From a virus, in IMG/VR virus record IMGVR_UViG_3300027770_000050, positions 22,316 to 86,315 of that record: 64,000 nt of DNA; one strand, 5' to 3'. Made by a program: the position numbers and the translations under genes. Below, in pieces: positions 18,423 through 26,200 of this stretch. Positions within the stretch are counted from its first letter, which is position 1; each line of letters opens with the position of its first letter. A model generated the notes under the pieces. It saw only the letters and a list, made by a program, of their open reading frames with translations. It made no database searches and was not told where the DNA came from.

Positions 18423-19302
18423 TTTATTAAAAATATCCGATAAACTTGATAAAGAAGGTAAATATACACTTGCTGACAGTGTATTTAATTTGCTTAAAAT
18501 TTCTCAGTTTTCTCCAACTCCAACACAGTTGCCAACTACACAAGTTAATTTACCTGAAAGCTTGAGACCATTCTTGAGTCCAGACACATTTCAGGATAGC
18601 GTATTAGTTAATAAAAATGTTATGAGGCAAGTAGATGCTCCGTACGCAAGCAAGTTTGGTCCTGATACTCCATTAATTTTCAATACATTAACTCCAACTC
18701 AATATGCTCAATTAGAAAGCTCAGGAAACTTACAAAAAATACTTGACATACAAAGTGCTCAAGGTGCTGCTGCTCTTAAATATTTAGCTTCAACAGGAGC
18801 TGATGTTCAAGGATTAGGAGCTTTAATTGGACAATGGTCTAAAGCTCCTAATCAAAATAATAAAGTTGTTGTTGAAAATGCTATTGCAACTTCAGTGTCT
18901 CAAGCAGTTGTTGATGGTTTGTCAGCCATAACAACCAACAGAAATAAATTTAATTTCAATGAATGGCAAATGAGATTGAACGAAATATCTGGACAAATAA
19001 ATAGATATCCACCAACTTTAGCTTCAGCAATATCCCAGGGAATCAACACGGGACTTAGAAGACAAATAAATAAGTTGTCAACTCAAAATCCTGATGTTTT
19101 GAGAAGATCTATTTCTCCATCCAACCCTGACTGGATGTCATTTGCTAGTACACATGGTTTGTCAAGCTTTACATCACAGTTTGGTTCAGGTCCAGTTCCT
19201 GCAGCTGTACCGAAACCAGCAACTAAACCAGGAGCACCAACAACTCCAGACACAGAAGCTACTCCTGGGAATAAACCTATTTCTGGAGAACCAGCAGTAT
19301 AA
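18397..19302 (+). CDS. Hypothetical protein with N-terminal LLKISDKLDKEGKYTLAD...LLKISQ motif
   Basis: 301-aa ORF, Pro/Ala-rich tail. Confidence 0.8.
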   Translation: MKLRKDVNSLLKISDKLDKEGKYTLADSVFNLLKISQFSPTPTQLPTTQVNLPESLRPFLSPDTFQDSVLVNKNVMRQVDAPYASKFGPDTPLIFNTLTPTQYAQLESSGNLQKILDIQSAQGAAALKYLASTGADVQGLGALIGQWSKAPNQNNKVVVENAIATSVSQAVVDGLSAITTNRNKFNFNEWQMRLNEISGQINRYPPTLASAISQGINTGLRRQINKLSTQNPDVLRRSISPSNPDWMSFASTHGLSSFTSQFGSGPVPAAVPKPATKPGAPTTPDTEATPGNKPISGEPAV

Positions 19303-19326
19303 TCTTATTGACTGTATAAAATATGC

Positions 19327-20094
19327 ATGTCAGATTTATGCCCTTTATATTTACAAGAAAAAAGCTGTCTCTTAAAATTAGTTTCAAATTCTACAATTAC
19401 TTCAGTTTTATCTAAAATAGACCTTGAAGTGATTAACAATACTTGGAACCTTGATTGTGAAGGCAGCTTGTCTAATTGTAGTTTTAAAAGTCCAAGTGAG
19501 CAAGTTTTTCAAAATGTAGAACCTGAGAAACCTGTTGTAGAAGAGGAAAAACCAGAAACAAAAATTCCTCAAGAAACTACTAAAGTAAGTATTCATATTG
19601 TTAAGAATCCATATCTAGTAAAATCTGATGTTCTTTTTTATCCTACCAATATAGCTTTAACAATTGACGATCCATTGTTGATGAGATTATCATTTGGAAA
19701 AATTCAAGAAGAATGTGATACTTTCAAGAAGCCATACAAAATGGGCACTTTGTATATCACTTCTAATGGTGGAGAAAATTCTAAAGTACAAGCCAAACAT
19801 GTTTATCATTTAACAGTCTCAGGTGTAAGTAGATTAGTTAATGAGGGAGATGTAAAGTCTGCTTTGAGAAAAGCTTTAGATATGGCAGACACAAATAACG
19901 CTAGAAATGTTGTCATGCTCCCTGCAGATTGCGGAACTCATGACATAAATGACATTGCTAGAGTACAGCTATCTTCTATCAAAACTTATTTATCAACACA
20001 TAAAAATTGCAAAATAAAAAACGTTTTTATTGTAATGGAAGACAAGGAAAGCTATCAAGTGTTCGAAGAATATTATAATAGAATTTTTGATTGA
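19327..20094 (+). CDS. Macrodomain-like protein with N-terminal Cys-containing segment
   Basis: SIHIVKN...SDVLFYPTN...ITSNGG...AKHVYHLTV...ALRKALDMA...VVMLPADCG...IKNVFIV follows macro-fold secondary-structure order. Confidence 0.7.
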   Translation: MSDLCPLYLQEKSCLLKLVSNSTITSVLSKIDLEVINNTWNLDCEGSLSNCSFKSPSEQVFQNVEPEKPVVEEEKPETKIPQETTKVSIHIVKNPYLVKSDVLFYPTNIALTIDDPLLMRLSFGKIQEECDTFKKPYKMGTLYITSNGGENSKVQAKHVYHLTVSGVSRLVNEGDVKSALRKALDMADTNNARNVVMLPADCGTHDINDIARVQLSSIKTYLSTHKNCKIKNVFIVMEDKESYQVFEEYYNRIFD

Positions 20095-20108
20095 GGTAGT
20101 TTGCACTT

Positions 20109-20453
20109 ATGGAAAATAATGAAGAATACGCAAGTCCATCGAAACTACTGATGGGCATTTTAGATACTTTTATAGCTCCTACTTGTATAGTAGATGATTG
20201 TGATAACTGTATTATGAATGAATTGGCTAAAGAATTATACGATAAAGGTTTTGATGTTCCCGGATATTCTTTACGTACTAAAAATGGTTCAACATCAACA
20301 TTTTTTCATAAAGGTAAAAAGTATTTTATCAATAAAAAAGATATGAACCACGGTACAAAAAGTTTTTTATGCACTATTGAACTTGAAGATGAAACTATTT
20401 TAAAATTGAAAAAATCTTCTGATAAGTTGAAAGAAGTTCTTAGTGTCCTCTAG
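20109..20453 (+). CDS. Hypothetical protein, weak PAS-like N-terminus
   Basis: 114-aa ORF, GAGG RBS; ILDTFIAPTCIVDDCDNCIMNELAKELY. Confidence 0.7.
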   Translation: MENNEEYASPSKLLMGILDTFIAPTCIVDDCDNCIMNELAKELYDKGFDVPGYSLRTKNGSTSTFFHKGKKYFINKKDMNHGTKSFLCTIELEDETILKLKKSSDKLKEVLSVL

Positions 20454-20462
20454 GGTAGCCTC

Positions 20463-20921
20463 ATGCAAGAAGAAAATAACATTGGGATAGAGCAACTTAA
20501 AAGCGTCTACAAAGCACATACTGAAGCGTACCTTGATTTCAATATGGCTTTGATCAATATTATATCTAATCAAAAAGAATTAATAAGTAAAGTTGAAACT
20601 CTCAAGTCTATTTCAGATGAAGAGTTTAGAAATCTTGCTAAAGAATATGCTGTTTTAGAAAAATTATTTGAAAACTTCCAATCAACTCAATTAAAAAGAG
20701 ACAATGAATTAGAAGAAGTACAAGTTGAATATACTGCTCAAATTTCAAACTTTGGAACAGATATTGAAGAAGTAAAATCTGAGTTAAAGCAGATGAAAAA
20801 AATCTATTGGGATATTAAAAACAATATCAACAAAGCATGGTGGACTATTGGTGGAGTTATAGCTTTCTTAACTGCTATCCAATTAATTACTGGTAAAGGT
20901 ATTGTAGATTTTCTAAAATAA
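20463..20921 (+). CDS. Coiled-coil protein with C-terminal transmembrane helix
   Basis: Heptad-rich E/K/L/Q stretch followed by hydrophobic AWWTIGGVIAFLTAIQLI. Confidence 0.75.
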   Translation: MQEENNIGIEQLKSVYKAHTEAYLDFNMALINIISNQKELISKVETLKSISDEEFRNLAKEYAVLEKLFENFQSTQLKRDNELEEVQVEYTAQISNFGTDIEEVKSELKQMKKIYWDIKNNINKAWWTIGGVIAFLTAIQLITGKGIVDFLK

Positions 20922-21151
20922 TGCCAACTGTAACCTGTGCTTGTGAAATATGCGGAAAGTTATATTACTCTAAAGATGAGTTGTATCTTCCAGCAATGAA
21001 AAATGGATATAGATTTTCACGCAAAGATAAGACACTAAAAACTTGGGAAGATTGGATAATACACGTATCAAGTCACTGCGAAGAATGCAGGTTAAAAGAA
21101 GTACCTGAAAGTTGCGAACTTGATAAACTTAAATACAGAAAATTAATCTGA
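20921..21151 (+). CDS. Small zinc-finger-like protein
   Basis: CEIC...CEEC; TAATG overlap with the previous gene. Confidence 0.7.
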   Translation: MPTVTCACEICGKLYYSKDELYLPAMKNGYRFSRKDKTLKTWEDWIIHVSSHCEECRLKEVPESCELDKLKYRKLI

Positions 21152-21451
21152 AACTAATTCTGTAAATACTGAAGGAAGCTTAGATAGCGTAGCTTCAGAA
21201 CTATTTGGATCTTCAAGTAACTCATGAAGCATCCCACCAACAATTTTTTCCAATTCAGCAACTACTTCTGGATCATTGAAAATTTCGTTTGCTGTCATAC
21301 TGGAATTTTCTCCAGGAGCTTCTTTTTGCTGTTCGGGATTTTGTTGAATTTCAGGTGTTTGCTCAATAGCATCAACAAGGTTATTAGCTTCATCTTCAAA
21401 CCCATTTTCAGCTAAATTTTTTACTATTTGTGCTAGCTTGTATATATTCAT
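21143..21451 (-). CDS. Acidic hypothetical protein with MNIYKLAQ leader
   Basis: 102-aa ORF, TAATG overlap. Confidence 0.75.
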   Translation of the reverse strand: MNIYKLAQIVKNLAENGFEDEANNLVDAIEQTPEIQQNPEQQKEAPGENSSMTANEIFNDPEVVAELEKIVGGMLHELLEDPNSSEATLSKLPSVFTELVSD

Positions 21452-21741
21452 TAGTCATCACTCTTGAAAAGTTCAGCAAATAGTATATCAACTTTGGAAG
21501 CAATCTTAGTATTGTTTTCAGAGCTAAAAAGCTTAGGAGGTAAACATCTTTCACAAACCATTTTGCCAACTCTGTCTTCTTGATTGAAAGGAGAGTATTG
21601 TAAAAATTCCTTTCTGTAAAGAGTAAGTTGACCAAATGGAGTCATGGTTCCACAAGTATCACACTGCCTTCCCATAATTCTAGGTTGATTGGCAGGTGTT
21701 GAATTTTTCTGATATTGTTTAATTTGTTCAGTTGGAATCAT
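21451..21741 (-). CDS. Small zinc-finger-like protein
   Basis: CDTC...CERC. Confidence 0.7.
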   Translation of the reverse strand: MIPTEQIKQYQKNSTPANQPRIMGRQCDTCGTMTPFGQLTLYRKEFLQYSPFNQEDRVGKMVCERCLPPKLFSSENNTKIASKVDILFAELFKSDD

Positions 21742-21819
21742 AATAGTTATCCGATAAAAACACTATAATCTTATTATAATAAAAATTTCAGGTGATTTCC
21801 TGCTTGAAATGAAAAGGAG

Positions 21820-22440
21820 ATGACAATGATTGAGGTAATCAGTCAAGTGGCAATCTCTACTATTCTTTTACTTATTAGTGCAAGAGTAGTAAAGCTACCA
21901 CCGAAACCATACCATCAAGATGCGAAATTTTCCGTATCAACATCAAAGGATAAACTTGATAAAAAAGAAAAAATTTCTAAATTTATCAAACTTGTTCAAC
22001 CCAGATATTCGCAATCATACATAAAGAAAATTACAGATGCTATCATGAAGTATGCTGCAGTTTTTAAAGTAGACCCATATGTAATAGCTTCTACTGCATA
22101 TGTTGAAAGTGAATTCAAGATGACTAGTAGACCCTGTATTGGTATGATGCAGCTAGTCAGACCATCAATTAGGTATTATGACCCCAAAAGAGTCTACAAT
22201 CCTTACACTATTGATGGGAATATAGCAATCGGCACAAAAGAGCTTTCTAGACACTTAAAAAGGTATTCTAGAGGTAAATTGCCCAACAGAACAGCCTATA
22301 GAAATATGTACAGATCTTATAATGGATCTTATATGAAAAATAGGTATTCTGTAAAAACTTTGCTAGTTCAAACGAGATTAGAACATCTTTCAGTAGATGT
22401 TATAAAATCTAAACTCAAAAAAGGGCCAATTTGGAAATAA
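21820..22440 (+). CDS. Lytic transglycosylase (SLT-like) with N-terminal hydrophobic anchor/signal
   Basis: VDPYVIASTAYVESEF (catalytic ES), IGMMQL, NIAIGTKEL, YRSYNG; hydrophobic N-terminus; AGGAG RBS suggests the start could be the second Met (21826). Confidence 0.82.
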   Translation: MTMIEVISQVAISTILLLISARVVKLPPKPYHQDAKFSVSTSKDKLDKKEKISKFIKLVQPRYSQSYIKKITDAIMKYAAVFKVDPYVIASTAYVESEFKMTSRPCIGMMQLVRPSIRYYDPKRVYNPYTIDGNIAIGTKELSRHLKRYSRGKLPNRTAYRNMYRSYNGSYMKNRYSVKTLLVQTRLEHLSVDVIKSKLKKGPIWK

Positions 22441-22475
22441 AAAAAGAGGGGAGATTTCTCTCCCCTCTTTTTTTT
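22439..22475. terminator. Bidirectional intrinsic terminator
   Basis: A run, AGAGGGGAGA-TTTC-TCTCCCCTCT, T run, between convergent genes. Confidence 0.9.
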
Positions 22476-22496
22476 GTCTGTTTATAACTAAAAGGA

Positions 22497-23006
22497 TTAG
22501 ATACCACCAGCGGTATTTGTGAATCTGTTGAAAGAAGATGGGTACTTTCTTGCAGATACCGACTTAAGACTATCAGTTGCAGCTTCAGCACCAAGTAATG
22601 TGATGTCTGCATTCATTCTATTGAGTTCAAAAGTAATTTTCTCAAATTTGCTTTGTAAGTTAAAATAGGTATTGCCTGTAAAACTTGCTGCAATTTTTGT
22701 TTCGTTAGAATCACAAGAAGCAATAGCAGTGGTGTAAGCACTGAGAACAGTCGATAAGTTTGAAACCGCAGTTGCAAAATCAGTGATTGTTCTTGTTCTG
22801 TTTGTGATAACCTCAGTACCGATGTTAGTGTCAGTAGGATATTTTGCCGCACTGTTGTATGCGATAGAAACATCACCTGCACCATTTACAATATCAACTA
22901 ACTCTTGGTAAGTTGTTAAGTTATTGCGGGTGATAGATCCAGTGACGTTTGATCCTAATGTAGATGGTCTATCCGCTTTATATAAACTTGAAGGATATGT
23001 TGGCAT
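22497..23006 (-). CDS. Hypothetical protein, probable virion component with helical/coiled-coil C-half
   Basis: 169-aa ORF, AAGGAG RBS, own promoter motif and terminator. Confidence 0.8.
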   Translation of the reverse strand: MPTYPSSLYKADRPSTLGSNVTGSITRNNLTTYQELVDIVNGAGDVSIAYNSAAKYPTDTNIGTEVITNRTRTITDFATAVSNLSTVLSAYTTAIASCDSNETKIAASFTGNTYFNLQSKFEKITFELNRMNADITLLGAEAATDSLKSVSARKYPSSFNRFTNTAGGI

Positions 23007-23073
23007 AATATATCTCCTTATATCAATCTTTTCTTCGAAGAAACTAAACTAAAAACATTTTTTTGTTTTCACT

Positions 23074-23195
23074 CATTCATTTCTGAATAAGCTTCTTACA
23101 TACCTTTAATCAAAAAGATAATGATTATTTATTTATTTGAGCAGCGTTGTCCTTTTTTTTGGGAAGTTACAAGACCTAAAATTTTGAATATATAA
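23074..23195. promoter_or_regulatory. Divergent pair of putative late promoters
   Basis: Minus: AAAGG(23107-23103)-N19-GAAATGAAT; plus: GGAAG(23162-23166)-N19-GAATATATAAG. Confidence 0.45.
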
Positions 23196-23272
23196 GATAG
23201 ATATTGTTTTAGCTGTAAAATTTATCTAACTACCAATGTACAGCATGCCATCTAAGATCAAAATAATTTCAA

Positions 23273-26200
23273 ATGTCTGATTTTTATATAGTACCTCCCA
23301 GATTAATTGTAGGATCGCTAGATAGATCTAATGTAGTCACATCTCTAAATACACTAAGAGGTGATTTGTCATTCAAGGTCAATCCAGAGACAGGATTGAC
23401 TTTAAATATTGCAAGTGGCATATTTACATTTTCTATCCTGCCAGATTTCTATGTTAAGAAATCTGGAGACACAATTAACTCCAACATCATTTTTCAGCCA
23501 TCAACTGGAAATTATGGTCTTGCTGTAGGTTCAGGAACTTCAGACCCAAATGCTGGTATTGCTGGTGCACTTTTTTACAATACCAACTCAAATGTCCTTA
23601 AGGTTTACGATGGATTAACCTGGAATGAAATAGCTTCTACAGGTACAACTGGTATCACAGTATCTTTTGCTGACAATAGATATTTAAAATTAAATGGGAC
23701 TAATACTCCAACAGGTCACATTTCTATGGGAAGTCAATTCCTTAGATTTGCAAACCTTACTACAAGAGCAATAGCTGGCACTGCTGGACAAGTTTACTTT
23801 AACACTGACACTAATAGACTAGATCTTTATGATGGATCAAGCTGGGTTCCTGTCGGTACTGGTATTACTGGAATATTTGCTGGTGTTGGAGCGTCAGTAT
23901 CACCAAACCCTATAACAAACACTGGTACAGTTTCAGTCAACCAAAGCTACAATTTCAACTGGACTGGTACACATACTCACAATAATCCTATTACTTTTGC
24001 GTCAAATCAACAGTTTGATGCCAGTAAACTTACAATAGCTTACGAAGTAGCTGGAGATATACTAACATACAGTGGTACAGCATGGACAAGATTACCTAAA
24101 GGCGGAGCAAATACACTTTTAGGTGTTCATTGTTGTGGTGGAAATTTAGAATATAAAACTCTTGTGCCTGGTGCTGGAATATTAATTTCCTATCAAGGTA
24201 GTTCTATATTCTTATCGTCAACTGGTGGTACAGGAAGTGGTGGCAGCGGAGGAAGTGGCACAGGGTTCACTTTTTATGATAAGGGTGATCTTTTAGTTGG
24301 TTTAGGAAGTAGTCTATATAAACTTCCTGTTGGCCCTAATAAAAGATATTACTTACATAGCAATTCAGATACAGTTTCAGGAATAGCTTGGACTACAACT
24401 GTTGGAATGGCAATAACTTCTATTGCTCCTTCTGCAATTGTTTCTTACTATGGAGACCTTTGGTACAACACTGCAGATGGAACTCTCAATGTGTTCTACA
24501 ACGATGTAGATACATCTCAATGGGTTGAAGTTGTTAGTGGTGGTGCTTTCTCACAAGTTTATCAAGGTATCAATTACGGAATTCCATTTTATGTCAGTAG
24601 TGGTACAGCTATCACTAGTAACAATAATTTTACCAATGTTGGAACTGGAGTTTCTTTACTTTACACTGCTCAATCTACATCTACTACTACAGGTGCTCTT
24701 GTTATTTCTGGTGGTGTTGGTATTGGAGGAACTGTATTTATTGGTGGTGCTACTCAAATACAAGGCACTACTAATGTTTCAGCTGATGGTTGGCAAAGTT
24801 TAGTTGGCAGTTTTGGAATACTTTCAAGAGATTTCAAAGCACTAGCAGATGGTGTTACAGTTGGTTCTCTTGTAAATTTAGGTGGTTTTGCAAATGTAGG
24901 CAATGCTTTTATTGGTGGAACTACAACAATCACCAACAATACCCCATCTTTTTCATATGATACTGGAGCTTTAGTTGTTTATGGCGGGGTTGGTATTGGC
25001 GGAACATTATTTGTTTCCCCTAATAAAGCTTCTTCTGTTTCAGGTGTCAAACTATTCAATAGTGTTGTAAGTCAAGCAACTTGGCAAGGAAACATTGTTG
25101 GATATATTTATGGTGGTACTGGATATAGCACATTTAGTAAAGGTGATATTCTTGTTGGTACAGGGACATCTTTATTCAAATTAGCAGTTGGAACAAATAA
25201 CCAAGTACTAGCAGCAGACAGCTCTTCTGCTACTGGTTTGACATGGACAAATGTTGCAAGTAATGGTTTCGCAACTATAGGTATCACTTCTTTAAATGGA
25301 ATATCTTTAGGTCAACAATATTTAGACGCTACTTACTCTGGAAATACTTTTGGATTTACGAGTTCAGGATCAACTCACACTCTCAACATTCCAATAGCAG
25401 GAACATCTACTACTGGTTTAGTTTCTACTGGTTCACAAACATTTTCTGGAAGTAAGACATTCTCGTCTAACACAAATATAACTTCTGCTACTGATGCATC
25501 TAACACATCATCAGGAGCTTTAGTAGTTTCAGGTGGTGCAGGTTTTGGTAAGTCAGTATTTATTGGTGGAAATCTTGATGTAGTTGGAGATTTGTACATC
25601 AGAGGTACGATGACCACAATAAATACGGTCAATCTTACTGTTGATGATAAAAACATTGAAATAGGTTCAGTAGACACACCTACAGATATAACCGCTGAAG
25701 GTGGAGGAATAACACTTAAGGGTTCTACTGACAAGACTATAGTTTGGAACTCAGGTATTGGTTGGTCGTTCAATAATCCTGTCAATCTATCTAATGGTAA
25801 TACGTTTAAGATTGGTAATTCAACAGTATTATCATCCACAACTCTAGGTTCATCAGTTGTTAATTCTTCGTTGACATCTGTAGGAACATTGATTTCTGGA
25901 ACTTGGAATGCTAGCACAATCACTGTTCCTTATGGTGGTACTGGATATACAAATTACACTCATAGCACAATACTTGTAGGTTCAGGCAGTTCGTTTATTC
26001 AACTACTTTCTGGTTCAAATGATCAAGTATTAACTGCTGACAGTACTACATCTTCTGGATATAAATGGGCATTTGCGTCTGGATTAAATTCAAATGGAAC
26101 GCTGACATCTATAAATGGTATTGGAGTATCACAGCAATATCTTACTTTTGGATATTTAGGAACTCTTCCAAATATTGTTTCTTCTGGTTCTACTCACACT

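Noticed and set aside
23007-23272. ncRNA or origin in the longest intergenic gap
   Set aside because: No stable structure, iterons or tRNA fold evident; adequately explained by divergent promoters and leaders
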